The notes beneath the pieces are model-generated. The model did not search any database and was not told where the DNA came from. It saw nothing but the letters and a program-made list of their open reading frames with translations. The translations under genes and the position numbers were made by a program. Below are positions 11,783 to 25,537 of a DNA stretch of 64,000 nt, piece by piece; position 1 is the stretch's first letter; the number at the start of each line of letters is the position of its first letter. Origin of the DNA: Octopus sinensis (lineage: Eukaryota); contig NC_043023.1 of the NCBI RefSeq assembly GCF_006345805.1, positions 15,500,001 through 15,564,000 on the forward strand, read 5' to 3'.

Positions 11783-14068
11783 TGTAATACATATTTTCTC
11801 TTTAGTAAAAACCTATGTATCTGGCTAATTGGAAAATCCAGACAGTATTGATAGTTTTAAATAATACTAGTCTGAAATCGATATTAATTCTATTGTCCAG
11901 TAAAGCACCTGGTTTTTAATTTCAATTATTTTGGTAGATAATCCATTTGCTGGTTGTGTCCATTCAAAGCTGTTTGTTGTTTTATCACAGATGTATCATT
12001 TGCTAAACATCTGTATTTGCTGTTTATTCTGTCAAAATGATACACGTTAATAATTCTGTCCATTTCAGCTTCTCAGAATAAATAATCTGCAACATCATAA
12101 AACGTCAATAGCTAACTGAAACATGTGGCCAGTGATAGCACTATGATAAAAAGCAGATACAGCATTTTGTAGACAGAATCGGCAAGGGTCATAAACTGGC
12201 GATGGGTACTACTCTAGAAGAGTGGTCCCGGTGTGCGCACTCGCGCTTGTTAGTCGTGACTAGTAGATCCTTACTTTGTGTTTTTGTTTTATTTAATTAG
12301 TTAAAAAAGAAATTATTTACTAAAGAATATGAAAACTAAAAGAATATATCACACACATTTTATTTGATTTGTGTAAAAAAATCATATACATTGTTTTAAG
12401 AAATAATGTATTTACTTTCTTTAAAAAATTCTTTTATTATATTCTGTAAAATCAACTCATTTGCATACGCACAAGTCGTTGTAGGATCGACTACTTACGA
12501 CTAGCTAGCGCGTACCGGGTCCAGTCTTCGCTAGTAGTACATGTGTTTTTGTGTTTTATTTACTTTGTTTTGAAAAGAAGGCGATCTTACGGTATAAGTA
12601 CCAGTGTACTTCCGGAAGTACTGGATACATTTCAAAAAAGTGTTTTTTATATGTAAGGGGGGGAGAAAAGGGTTTCTGTTATCTTCAGAAATGTAAACAA
12701 AGTCACGTGTGTACCTATACCGAAGGATCACCATTCTGTCCTGGCTCTAATCTTCATACGTCAATTCACAGAACACTTTCTCTAAATTTGTGACCACACC
12801 TTCAACATATGTGAGTGCAGTTTGTTTTTATTATTAATAAAGTTAGGAGAGGAAAAGTCATGATGGGTTGGTTCACTAAATTGTAGTTTATGTTTATGTT
12901 TGATCTGTTATAGAAGTTGTAACAATCATGAACATTACCTAATTTCATTAATAATAGATCTGCTCAGTCAGGGATAACCTAGGGTTAAACAGTAGTCACT
13001 TATCATATTATTGTCCAATATCCTATAGTTGAACCCTTTATTGTTTAAACCGGCCATATCAGGCCCAGATATTCTGCATGTTTTATATTCAAACTGGCGG
13101 TATCTGGCCCCTCACACCTAACCTACATTGACATTCTAGAAATAAACAATCACATCATTGAAACCTCAAAGCCATAAGATATTGCATGATGAATTCAAAA
13201 CAATTTGAGTGAAAAAGAATTACATTTAACAGAATAATCTGAACACTAAAGGGATAGTGTTTTACATAATATCTGAAGGAAGAGGAACTGAAGTCCGTCT
13301 ATATGTAGACATTACACAAGGTTGTATCATATAATTTTAATAACAAAATAAATTTCAAAGACCACACCCTCTTGTTACTAACCCGGCCAAAACGGGCTCT
13401 GGCTCTGTGGTAAAATGTCTTGTTTTCATAAGTTTTGAATTAAAATCTTCCACGAAACCTTAGTTACAATTTATGTTCCTAACACTAGTTGAATGATAAC
13501 TAATTTAGTTTACTAAATTCTTTATTATATTTAAAATAATTGAAAGAAACACACTGAATCTCAAAAGAAATATGATAACAAAAGGGTTACCATATTATAA
13601 ATTACCATAAATAAATTTCAAAGAGAAATTAAAGGATTATATCCACAGTTTATCATTATGAAGATGTAGTTATATTTTTTTTATAGTTGAATGTCTGCTT
13701 TTTAAGTCTTTACTATATCTTCTGTTTCTGTGTCATTTCAGGAGGTGAAATGTTAGTGATACTTCATGAATATTGATCATCTAATGGAAGATGTTATAAT
13801 TATTTGACATAACTCTTTTTATACGATTTGTCTATGGTGGAAAACTGTGAAATATTTCTTCTCAATTGATGGCAACATTTGTTTCCATCATTGCCTGGAA
13901 TATTTGCTAAAGTATTTCACATTCTGTTTGGAGCGGGAGATATCTGCAAAGGTGTTTGTATCATCTATAGATATTGATGAAGATCGGAACTGCTGGAAAT
14001 ATAAGCAATAGAAATATATAAAAAAGGAAGCAAAATTATATTTTGTGTTTGTATACTATAGAACAATA

Positions 14069-15205
14069 ATGAATCCTCAAGAGATGACAAAAGAAACAGA
14101 AAAATTATCACACCAATGCGATATCTGTAAAAATACTTTTTCTAGTAAGGGAAATCTCACTGTTCACAAATTTATTCATGCAGGCGAGAAACCATATCAG
14201 TGTGATATCTGTGGAAAATCATTCTCTGATAAAAGTCACCTTACTTCTCATAAATCCACTCATACAGGAAAGAAACAATATCAGTGTGATATTTGTGGTA
14301 AATCATTCTCTGATAAAAGTAACCTTGCTTCTCACAAATCCACTCATACAGGAGAGAAACCATATCACTGTGATATCGGTGGTAAATCATTCTCTCATAA
14401 AATTCACCTGACTTCTCACAAATACATTCATACAGAAGAAAGACCATATTGCTATGATATTTGTGGTAAATCATTCTCTCAGAAAATTCACCTGACTTCT
14501 CACAAATACATTCATACAGAAGAAAGACCATATTGATGTGATATTTGTGGTAAATCATTCTCTCAGAAAATTCACCTTACTTCTCACAAATCCATTCATA
14601 CAGGAGAGAAACCATATCAATGTCGTATTTGTGGTAAATCATTCTCCCATAAGCGCAGCCTTACTTATCACAAATCCATTCATACTGGAGAGAAACCATA
14701 TCAGTGTGATATTTGTGGAAAATCATTCTCTCAAAAAAGTAACCTTGATTCTCATAAATATATTCATACAGGAGAGAAGCCTCATCAATGTGATGTCTGT
14801 GGAATGTCATTCTCTCAAAGACGTTACCTTGATTCTCACAAATCTATTCATACAGGAGAGAAACCATATCAATGTCGTATTTGTGGTAAATCATTCTCCC
14901 ATAAACACAGCCTTACTTATCACAAATCCATTCATACTGGAGAGAAACCATATCAATGCGATATTTGTGGTAAATCATTCTCTCAGAAAATTCACCTTAC
15001 TTCTCACAAATCCATTCATACAGGAGAGAAACCATATCAATGTCGTATTTGTGGTAAATCATTCTCCCAGAAGCATAGCCTTACTTATCACAACTCCATT
15101 CATACTGGAGAGAAACTGTATGAGTGTGATATTTGTGGTAAATCATTGTCTTGCTTGCGCTCTTTAACCTCTCATAAAAACATTCATACAGGAGAGAAAC
15201 CATAG
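14069..15205 (+). pseudogene. C2H2 zinc-finger gene C (~13 fingers), in-frame TGA at 14534
   Basis: ORFs 14045..14536 and 14804..15205 are in the same frame. CCA TAT TGA TGT GAT ATT TGT interrupts an otherwise continuous array. Start [12 protein letters not shown] at 14069. Confidence 0.85.
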
Positions 15206-15499
15206 AACTGTAATATCTGCTGTAAATCATTCTAAGTCGGATCTTTTCCTTTTGAACGGCACATGTCAACAAAATTTCTAGTTAACTAAACACTTTAAAA
15301 CTTCGTATACTGGTAGAATGTATCAAAATAAAACATTTTTTTCTCTTGGCTTTCTTGAGAAAATTGTAATTTGTTTGTTTAATGTAGTTTAATTTTTCGA
15401 ATTTTAACCAATCCTATGCCCTCTATTGAGCTAAAATCATTTGCTGCGTCTAAAACTGAGACAACATCCTATCAGAAAATAAAGAAATAACAGTAATAA

Positions 15500-18400
15500 T
15501 CTCTTATGATAAAAGGCAGATTTTCTCTGCCTGTTCCCATGTTTCTTTTTAATACAATTCTACAATATGTAATTTCTTCAATTGGAATTTACCTGTGATT
15601 TTCCCAAGTAGATTCGATTGGGTCATGGCATGTAAAATTTTTTTAATTTGACCCCCAATTAAGCAAAAATTCGAGAAAATTAATATTTTACGAGTTGCCT
15701 CTCTCATTTCAAGTGGTTTACTTCTGCTATTACCACCACACTTTCTCCTACTTTCTCTTTGCAAGTGTGAAACTATTTAAGTGAAAGTATTATATAACAG
15801 GGATGAGCCATCAATAGTGGTCATCGTTTTTGCTAGAGGAAGATCTGCTATGGTCTTATATGCTACACCACTGGTTTTCAATTCAAATTAATCAAATTAA
15901 AATTCAATTTTTCACCCTTATTATGTGTGTGTGTGTGTATTAGCAATTCGTATAAAATTGCATCAATGACTTGAACTTGAATAAGTGGTTTCACATAAAT
16001 GGGGATAAATTAAAAAGGTTTGTTGTTATTATTACTGTTTGACTATTGCAATCACGTTTGTTGGTTCCTCGTCAGGGAAACGTTGTTGTGTTGCATTTGT
16101 TAAATAATTGTAAACCGTAACCCTCCCCCTCTCGGAGAAGGTGCTTTGGTTATTGTTTAAAAATTGAATTGTGTCCCTGTTTGGGGAAATTGACAATATT
16201 TTCACCGTCTTTACGGAAGCATTTTTGTTAAAATGCCTTCGATAGAAGAAAGTCCAAAAATGAATTTTGCTGCAGCCGTACACTTCTATCCATGAGGGAG
16301 GACAAGATCCAATTGATCGAAATTGCAAGAGACGGGCCTACAATTCCAGTCTGTTATATATTTTTGAGTATTGTTATCACTAGCGATATCAAGATATAAC
16401 TTTGTATTTTGTATTTTATGTGTAGATGTATATATATAGATGTACATGTAATATGTACACATATATACGTGCATAATATATCTACACATACGCGCGCACA
16501 CACACACACATACATAGGGGCAGGTGTGGCTGTGTGGTAACAAACTACGTTCCAAACACATGGTCCTGGGTTCAGTCCCACTGTGTGGTGACTTGGCATG
16601 TGTCTTCTGCTGTAGCTTCAGATCAACAAAAGCCTTCTCAGTGGATTTTGTACATATATACAGGCATACATACATATATATACGTGCATACGTACATATT
16701 CGGCATAAACACTCTACCACTACAACTAATAACTGTTGGGAACACTTTCAAACCTGCCTTACATTCGAACCGGAATCTCAAAAACATTGTCCCCTTCAGC
16801 GCCAAGCTCAGCTGCTCTATCTTACATGGAGGGTATCAGCAATGAAATCTATAACAAAACACTCATTGACGTTGAAGACAGAATTGCTAAACTGGGTGGA
16901 AATGTATTGTCGACGTATGCCCTGCCACAAGCATTCAGGTAAGGGTCAAATAGCCTTCCTACTGCTGTCATTCGTGAAACAACATACGACACTCAAGCGC
17001 TTTCAAAGTACATTGTTGAAAATGAGCCTAAATTACTTCCGGACCAGCTGCAGGCCTACAGATCTATTCTTAACAGTGTATGCCAATGCGAGGGACGAAT
17101 CTTCTTCCTCGATGCTCCTGGAGGGACAGGAAAAACATTTATTACAAAGCTTCTCCTTGCAGAAGTTAGGTAGCATCAGGACATTGCAGTAGCTGTAGCC
17201 TCCTCTGGCATTGCAGCTACTTTGTTACCCGGAGGCAGGACAGCACACTCAACTTTTAAACTCACTCTCAATTTAGCAGCATCCGAAATGCCTTCATGAA
17301 ACATCAACAAAAGCTCAGATCAGGGACAAGTACTTAAAATGTGTTATGTAATTGTCTGGGATGAGTGCACTATGGCTCACAAGGGAGCTTTGGAAGCATT
17401 AGATAGAGCCCTGAAAGACATCCGAGACTGTCAGGCTCCAATGGGAGGTGTAACGTTTCTGTTGTCAGGTGATTTCAAGCAAACTCTTCCTGTCATTCCG
17501 AAAGGCACTAGAGCTGATGAAGTTCAAGCATGCCTAAAGTCCTCTACCCTGTGGCATCATGTTACAATCTTTAGTCTCACCACTAACATGAGAGCTCAGC
17601 TACACGGCGACAAAATGTCCACAAAGTTTGCACAGGACATTTTGACACTTGGTGAAGGCAAGATGCCTTTCGATGGTGCAGGACAAATGGAAGTGTGGTC
17701 ATTTTCCTCTGTTGTTAATTCTGTAGATGACCTCAAAAACAAAGTCTTTCCCAACTTCACACAAAACTACCAAAATCACAATTGGCAGTGTGAAAGAGCA
17801 ATATTAGCTCCAAAAAACGTCACTGTTAACAAAATTAATCAACAGCTAATGCATTCTCTTCCCGGCACTATACACACTTACAAGTCTGTTGATACAATTC
17901 CAGATATAAATGAAGTTGTGAACTGTCCTCCTGAATTTCTCAATTCACTGGAGCCTCCTCGACTACCTCCACACATATTACCACCAAGACTTTGCAATGG
18001 AACACGACTGGTGATAAAGAAAATGATATCACAGGTTATCGAGGCGATCATTCTTTTTGGATGTGGAAAAGGTGATGACGTCTTTATTCCAAGATTTTCT
18101 CTTACTCCATCAGGAGCAGAAATTCCATTTACATTCAGAAGACTGCAATTCCCCCTTCGTGTCAGCTTTGCCATGTCCATTAACAAATCTCGGGGTCAAA
18201 CCCTCTCTGTAGCTGGTCTTCTCTTGGAAGAGCCCTGCTTCTCGCATAGGCAACTGTATGTTGGCTGCTCAAGAGTAGGAACCAAAAGAAACCTTTTCCA
18301 CAAGGAAAAACAAGGAACATTGTTTACAACGAGGTGTTATAATCTCAAAAGCCAGGCGGTATATACATGATCCCCTTTTTTTTAACAAACTTCATGTACT

Positions 18401-18509
18401 TTCATGTATTTATATTAATATACATATATTTGTGTGTATCCATATATATATATATATATAACAGAAAAGTCTAATTCTTCTATAGAATGTATCCGGGTAT
18501 CTCTGCTAG
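15500..18509 (+). mobile_element. Defective Helitron
   Basis: A|TCTCTTATGATAAAAGGCAG at the 5' end and CCGGGTATCTCTGCTAG|T at the 3' end. Contains the PIF1 helicase pseudogene and a SINE at ~16515-16690. Confidence 0.75.
16736..18370 (+). pseudogene. Helitron PIF1-family helicase domain with 3 in-frame stops
   Basis: A single frame gives FFLDAPGGTGKT, VASSGIAATLL, GRTAHS, IVWDECTM, GDFKQTLP, RLCNGTRL, QFPLRVSFAMSINKSRGQ. Stops at ~16940, ~17170, ~17297. Confidence 0.92.
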
Positions 18510-19070
18510 TGTTTAATAAATGTTGCAAGTTATGGATGATTCTTTTATGACTTCATTGCTTTCAGGCTTAGCTTAAAGTATTTTCACGCCCGACATCACA
18601 AAATGCGTCTGAATAAACATTGCTGGACAGCAAATAGAGACTCAGACATTGCTTAGAAAATAATTTTCATTTTTAACCTCGTGTACAATATGCACCTAGG
18701 ATTTTGACCTTTAAATTTTGGGGGAAAAAATGTGGATTATACTCGAAGATTTACAGTACATGTTTTGCGCATCTATTAATTTGCATACGCGCACTTGCGC
18801 TAGGTAGTTGTAGGATGGACTAGTCACAACTAGCTAGCGCAGATGCACAATAGCGGACCACTTTTCTTAAATAGTACTCAGCGTCTGTAACCAGTCAAGT
18901 CGTGAGTCACTCTGGTAATTAATATATATATAACAATTATAGGTGGTTTTACGTTTTCCACAATGATATGTACTACCAGGGTGCCACCAAGCTTATTGAA
19001 TATGAGAAGGCTGTTTTTCCTGAGATGTATATTAACACGCAGACGTCTGTACTTCGTACAAGTTTGCGCT

Positions 19071-19815
19071 GATCTTTTCCTTTTGAATGGCAGATGTCAA
19101 CATAATTTCTAGTTAACTAAACACTTTTAAACTTCGTATACTGGTAGAATGTGTTTATAAAACATCATTTTTTCTTGGCTTTATTGAGAAAGTTCTATAG
19201 TTTGTAACATATTTCCACTTTAAAATCGAGGATTTCGACAATTTTAACCAATGAAATATGTCTATTTGGAGTGAAAACATACCGTGCTGTATGAATATGT
19301 CCCTTGTTTAAGAAACAGATTGGGTTTATTTACATTTGCAAAGAAAAAAAAATACCCTTCCCCTAACCCTAACCCTAAAATAGATTGCAATGCAAAGATC
19401 GATATTAGGGTTATAATTATGGGTGACAATTTCATACGACACCACTACAGAAAATGGGATTTTTTTCAGTGGTGTCAAATGAAAATGTCACCCATAATTA
19501 TAACCCTAGTATCGATCTTTGCATTTCAATTTATTTTAGGGTTAGGTTTAGTTAGAGTTAGGGTTAGGGGTGGGGGAAGGGTATCTTTATCGTACCACTA
19601 CTGCATAAATCTCTATGAGATATTTAGAAATGTACTGGATCTTTTCGGTTTGAACGGCAGTTTTTCTGGCGGTGTCATAGGAAATCACCAATAATTGTGA
19701 CCCTAGTATCGATCTATTGCATTTCAATCTTTTTTAGGGTTAGGGGTGGGAGGAAGGGTATCTTTTAGTTACCTAGAAATCATGTTAAAAACTGCCATTC
19801 AAACCGAAAAGACCT
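19071..19815. mobile_element. MITE of the same family (other copies or halves: 11176-11338, 15239-~15475, ~57348-57660)
   Basis: Shared TIR and internal ACTTCGTATACTGGTAGAATG and (CCCTAA)n segments. TSDs not recognisable. Confidence 0.7.
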
Positions 19816-20625
19816 ACATACTCTGTTGTTGATGGTGAAATTCCAATGAAGGATCCTTGGATTTAGGTTAGAAATTGGCTCTTTCTCTATTGGCAAGTAA
19901 TTTTGAAATAAAACTGAACAATGGCATACATATATACGTACATATATGTAGACTGTTGCTATAGCAACGAAGCTAAGATACACAGAGTGAAGCCACTTGG
20001 GAAAGATTGACTCTAAACTCTGCTGTGCATTCACACTAAGTGTTAACATTCTAGCTCTCTTCTGCTGTTTGCAGCAATGCTTGGAAGGAAGGTGTGTAGC
20101 GTGTTATTGTCACAATGAGCATGATAGAAAGTTTAGCAGAGAATCTGCATCAAATTTTTCCAAACTCAAGGCAATACCTGCTCAGAGGCCCACACAAATT
20201 TTCATCATTCTCGACACAATCAAGGGAATCTTGTATAACTTATTTCTTTATTACCCACAAGGGGCTAAACACAGAGAGGACAAACAAGGACAGATGCACG
20301 GGTTAAGTCCGTTATATCGACCCCGATAAGATGAAGGGCAAAGTCGACCTCAGCGGAATTTGAACTCAGAAGATTACGGCTACACATTTCGCCCAGCGTG
20401 CTAACGTTTCTGCCAGCTCACCGCCTTGTATAACTAAAACCTGAGTGACCCCTGGCGGTCAGATAGGAAAGCAAAATGAAAATGGGATTTAAAGAGAGTA
20501 ATCTCCCTCGACCTTCTTGAATACTTTAGAAGCTTCCTATTAACTTCCAGATGACATAGCAGTCAGGGACTTCTGGCTTATCCCTTATAGAAAGCAGAGC
20601 ATTCTAATTTTGTGCCACCCTTGCG

Positions 20626-20682
20626 TTGACTCCTGACTCCTAGACATGCATTGACTCCTGACTCCTAGACATGCATTGACTC
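20626..20682. repeat. 24-bp tandem repeat, 2+ copies
   Basis: TTGACTCCTGACTCCTAGACATGCA repeated. Confidence 0.7.
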
Positions 20683-22121
20683 AGGTCACGCACATACACA
20701 CCCGCAAGTGCATGTGTTTGCCTTATTTTGCTTTGAGACGTGGTTGCAAAATATGTTCATCTGATGTTACAAGCTTTTCCTTCAATTAACCTTATATGTC
20801 AACGCATTACCTCTATACTGTCCGCTGGGTTATAACTGGATTCATCGAGTCCAAAACGGGGTCTGGCAAAATTGTACTTCCCTCATTTCTGGACTTCTTT
20901 GAATAAAGCTCCAATAATTGTTGTTGTTGCTGCCTTTGTCGTTGATTTTTCAACAGTTTTAAAGAAGCTAATTAGTCTTCCATGATTTAACAATTTTGTA
21001 TCACAAAAATTTGATAACTGACCTGCAAGAGCTTCGAAACCTTCATCGCCAGATGTTGTAACATAATTGTTCCGTACAATAAATAAGATAACCAGAAAAT
21101 TGTAACAACAATCTAATGAACTAACAAATCTTTTACGAACCAACATTCAATATTCCTTAGGAAGTAAACCAAGCGACACCTTCCGACTTTACTTGACTCT
21201 GAACCGTGAACCCACTCAGATCGTTACTATTTATACTTTACTCGAACCAATCTATCTCTCACAAGGGGACATGGTAACTCTCATCACAACAGGTGCCATT
21301 CTAACCAGATGCCCATCATAAATCCCTGCTTGGTGTCTGGTAAGAACAAGACCATGAAAACCTGCTCTACAGAATGATTTAGCAAAAAATAAGTATGATG
21401 ATAATCCCTTGCATGGGTTGAGCGGGGATGTGCTTGAACCATAGGTAGAGTGGGGCATTAGGCTTTTGAAAAATATTTCCCACTCTACACCCAAAACTGT
21501 GACAAACAGCAATAAGCCTCCAGCTAGTGCCAGAATAAGTGGGCAGTAGCACAAAGGGTGCAGATCCTGGGATCCCTGAGTGTGTCCAGCAGAGGATAAC
21601 TGATCATGGCTTGGAACTGGAGTGTAATACATTTGTGTCAAAATAATATATCATCAAGAAAACAGAGCAAATTAATATAATCAATATTGTTTGAATAAAA
21701 AACACAAATCGTAATTAGTGAGTTGATGCAAATGAGGAAAATGTGAAAAATGAATTTATTTTGTAAAAAGTAATACATTTGCTGTATTTTATTCAGCAGG
21801 ACATCTGTTTTATCATTGATATTGTTATTGATCAATATGAATAAGTATATGTTTAGTTAAGGTAGATTATTGAGAGAATGATTTAGCACAGATTACACAG
21901 TCATAAGAATCTTCTCCTGTATGAATATGTTTGTGTTTAGTTTATTATTTCTCTCTATGAAAGAATGACTTGTCACAGATGTCACAGTGATATGATTTCT
22001 CTCCTGTATGAATGTATTTGTGATGAGTTCAATATTGTTCCACAGAGAATGATTTACCTCAGGTATCACAGCAATAGAGTTTCTCTCCTGTATGAATACG
22101 TTTATAAGTATATACAGCATA

Positions 22122-22300
22122 TCTCTTATTATAAAAGGCAGCTTTTATCTGCCTCCCTTTGGGAGTTATAGAAATCTACAATATAGGATTTCTTCAATTA
22201 CAATTTACCTAGTATTTTTAAGAGTAGAATGCATCGGGTCATGCCAGGTCCAGTTTTTAAAATTTAAACTCCAATTAAGCAAAATTTACAGAAAACTCAC
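22122..22300 (+). mobile_element. Helitron 5' end related to the element at 15500
   Basis: A|TCTCTTATTATAAAAGGCAG...TCTGCC matches 15500 onward. Confidence 0.55.
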
Positions 22301-23390
22301 ATTCTGGTGTGTGTGTCAAATGCTTTTCCTAGTCTGGTTTACACCACACGCAAACGCACACACACAGTGTGCAACGAATAAGATGAAAGTAAATAGCGAC
22401 AGAGTGATTTGAGGAAGACTAAACTGAAAGTATTTAAACCACTACTCAAAAAATAAAAAAACACAGCAAACAGAAACAAATAAATACATAACGATTTACT
22501 CCTCACACAATTTCTTCAATTAGAGTGTACCCATGATTTTTCAGAGTACTTCAGTGGGTGATGCCATAAAAAATTTCTTTCAATTTTACCACCAATTAAG
22601 ACAAAATTCGAGAAAACTCAATATTTTAACATATCACTCCGAAAGCATTGATGTACATGTGTGCGTGCGTGAGTGTGTGTGTGTCATTCCTCACACACAC
22701 GCATACACATACATATACAACTACATACAAACACGTGTGTGTTTGTTATTAAAAAAGGCGCCAAAACACAACTCACTTATCATTCCAACACATTTGCAAA
22801 GACACACGGACGGACAGAAAAGGTAAATTGGTTTTTATTTTACTCTGTATATATTTTATTATATAATATTATATATAGATATATGTATATATAATTGCAG
22901 TATGAAACAGTGTTTATGTATAAACAGACGACACTTATGATTTTGATTTTGATTTTGATTTTTCCAGTTTCAGCTTATGAGCTGTGGCCATGCTGGGGCA
23001 CCGCCATTGTATATAGTTATTATAGTTATATATAGTTATTATAATAAGAGATTAATAAATGTATGCATCCGTTTAACCCTTTCGTTACCAAGCCGCCCGA
23101 ATTTACCTATTCATATTTAAATGAGAATATCAGAGCAAATCTCTTTAGTACATTTGTGAAAACACGTATTATACTTCGTAAACACTTCAACTACAGTTTT
23201 GTACAAAAATCGAAGTGTAATTTTAATTCCGTGAATTATGGGAGATTTGTTCCTATTGTGTTTTCAAAATTTGTAATTCTGACAAAAAATGGATACGAAT
23301 TTCATTATATCAAGCAGCGAGTCAGAATTCGAAGGATTTTCTACTGAAGACCTTCATAAATCTAACTCTATGACTGAAAAGAAAAAAGCA

Positions 23391-23785
23391 TCTTTATATA
23401 AGAGTGAAGTTGTGTGTCTGTCCCCTTCGATTTAGATTCGTAACTACTCCCACATTTTGCCGTGCAGTTTAACCAAAAGCGGGTATCTTATAGTCGTGAT
23501 TCATATCGAGCCCTTCTGGGTATTAGTGTGCGTCTACGATGAGTCTACGATTTAAAAAAAATTTACCATCATATTTTTCCAATTTAATGAATTTTTTTCG
23601 CTTTTATATATGGGAAGTAACTCTCTAAAAATATCTACGATGTGTCAACGATTTAAAAAAAAATTTACCTTAATTTTTTTTCAATTTTTAATGCATTTTT
23701 TTGCTATTTTTTGGCTATAACTCTCTAAAAATGCTTATATAGTTATTTCCCTTACAACCCGAGCAACGCCGGGCGATACTGCTAC
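23391..23785 (+). mobile_element. Short non-autonomous Helitron
   Basis: A|TCTTTATATAAGAGTG at the start; 3' hairpin CCCGAGCAACGCCGGG followed by CTAC|T (degenerate CTAG). Part of a ~1.67-kb insert (22122-~23793) in the tail of D that is absent from the F and G tails. Confidence 0.7.
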
Positions 23786-23905
23786 TTCACAATAGAATGA
23801 TTTGCTGCAGACATCACAGTCACATAGTTTCTCTCCAGTATGAGCAGACTTGTAATTAATTAAATAATTTCTTAAACGGAATAATTTACTGCAGATACTA
23901 CAGTG

Positions 23906-25537
23906 CTATGGTTTGTCCCCTGTATTAATGCATTTGTGTCCATTTAAGTACCTTTTTTCAGAGAATGATTTACCACAGATATCACACTGATATGGCCTCT
24001 CATGAGCATGAGTGAGTTTGTGAGTAGTTAAATAACTTTTTAATGAAAAAGATTTATCACAGATATCACACTGATATGGTTTCTCACCTGTATGAACTGA
24101 TTTGTGATAAGTAAGGTGACCTTTTTGAGAGAATGATTCACCACAAATATCACATTTATATGGTTTCTCTCCTGTATGAGTGTATTTGTGATAAGTAAGG
24201 CCTCTCCTTCGAATGAACGATTTACCACAAATATCGCAGTGATATGGCTTCTCACCTGTATGTGTAAGTTTGTGAGTAGTTAAATGACTTTTTAATGAAA
24301 AGGATTTATCACAGATATCACACTGATATGGTTTCTCACCTGTATGAACTGATTTGTGAGTAGTAAGGTTACATTTTTGAGAGAATGATTTACTACAAAT
24401 ATCGCAGTGATGTGGCTTCTCATGTGTATGTGTAAGTTTGTGAGTAGTTAAATGACTTTTTAATGAAAAAGATTTATCACAGATATCACACTGATATGGT
24501 TTCTCACCTGTATGAACTGATTTGTGAGTAGTAAGGTTACATTTTTGAGAGAATGATTTACTACAAATATCGCAGTGATATGGCTTCTCACGTGTATGTG
24601 TAAGTTTGTGAGTAGTTAAATGACTTTTTAATGAAAAAGATTTATCACAGATATCACACTGATATTGTTTCTCACCTGTATGAACTGATTTGTGATAAGT
24701 AAGGTGACCTTTTTGAGAGAATGATTTACCACAAATATCACATTTATATGGTTTCTCTCCTGTATGAGTGTATTTGTGATAAGTAAGGCCTCCCCTTTGA
24801 GTGAATGATTTACCACAAATATCACAGGGATATGGCCTCTTATGAGCATGAGTGAGTTCGTGAGTAGTTAAATGACTTTTTGATGAAAAAGATTTATCAC
24901 AGTGATATGGTTTCTCTCCTGTATGAATGGATTTATGAGAATTTAAAGTGCTCAAGTAAGAGAATGATTTATCACAGATATCACAGTGATATCGTTTCTC
25001 TCCTGTATGAATGTATTTGTGTCTAGTAAGGTGACTTTTTGATGAAAATGATTTACCACAAATATCACACTGATATGGTTTCTCTCCAGTATGAACGGAA
25101 TTGTGAGAAGTAAGGCGACTTCTTTGAGAGAATGATTTACCACAAATACCACACCGATATGGTTTCTCACCTGTATGAATGTATTTGTGAGAATAAAGGC
25201 TACTTTTTTGAGAGAATGATTTACCACAAATATCGCAGTGATGTGGTTTCTCTCCTGTATGAATGTGTTTGTGAGAATCAAAGCTACTCGCATGACAGAA
25301 TGATTTACCGCAAATATCACAGTGATGTGGTTTCTCTCCAGTATGAATGTATTTGTGATGAGCAAGGTGACTTTTTCGAGAAAATGATTTACCACAAATA
25401 TCACAGTAATATTTCTTTCCACCTGGATCAATACATTTGTGAACAGTGAGATTTCCCTTATTAGAAAAAGTCTTTTTACAGATATCACATTGGTCTGATA
25501 ACTTTTCTCTTTCTTTTAACATCTCCAGACTATTCAT
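23906..25537 (-). CDS. C2H2 zinc-finger protein D, 543 aa, ~19 fingers, no effector domain
   Basis: Uninterrupted [15 protein letters not shown]...NTGDKP*. One finger (YHCDKSF) lacks a Cys. Confidence 0.92.
   Translation of the reverse strand: MNSLEMLKEREKLSDQCDICKKTFSNKGNLTVHKCIDPGGKKYYCDICGKSFSRKSHLAHHKYIHTGEKPHHCDICGKSFCHASSFDSHKHIHTGEKPHHCDICGKSFSQKSSLYSHKYIHTGEKPYRCGICGKSFSQRSRLTSHNSVHTGEKPYQCDICGKSFSSKSHLTRHKYIHTGEKRYHCDICDKSFSYLSTLNSHKSIHTGEKPYHCDKSFSSKSHLTTHELTHAHKRPYPCDICGKSFTQRGGLTYHKYTHTGEKPYKCDICGKSFSQKGHLTYHKSVHTGEKQYQCDICDKSFSLKSHLTTHKLTHTREKPYHCDICSKSFSQKCNLTTHKSVHTGEKPYQCDICDKSFSLKSHLTTHKLTHTHEKPHHCDICSKSFSQKCNLTTHKSVHTGEKPYQCDICDKSFSLKSHLTTHKLTHTGEKPYHCDICGKSFIRRRGLTYHKYTHTGEKPYKCDICGESFSQKGHLTYHKSVHTGEKPYQCDICDKSFSLKSYLTTHKLTHAHERPYQCDICGKSFSEKRYLNGHKCINTGDKP

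Noticed and set aside
16032-16330. Possible Helitron Rep or other transposase coding in this interval
   Set aside because: No convincing motif in the frames I translated by eye.
19360-19580. (TAACCC)n/(TTAGGG)n runs suggesting interstitial telomere
   Set aside because: Short, degenerate and always inside MITE copies.
20883-21835. Repeated ORFs MLVRKRF..., MTQMYYT..., MINNNI... (also 38137-39089, 46184-47113)
   Set aside because: Located in duplicated 3' flanks. Stops and frames differ among copies (e.g. the 46378 copy is truncated) and no domain was recognised.
23906-25537. 84-bp periodic repeat with variable segments resembling a CRISPR array or minisatellite
   Set aside because: The period is 28 codons of C2H2 fingers; eukaryotic context and no cas genes.
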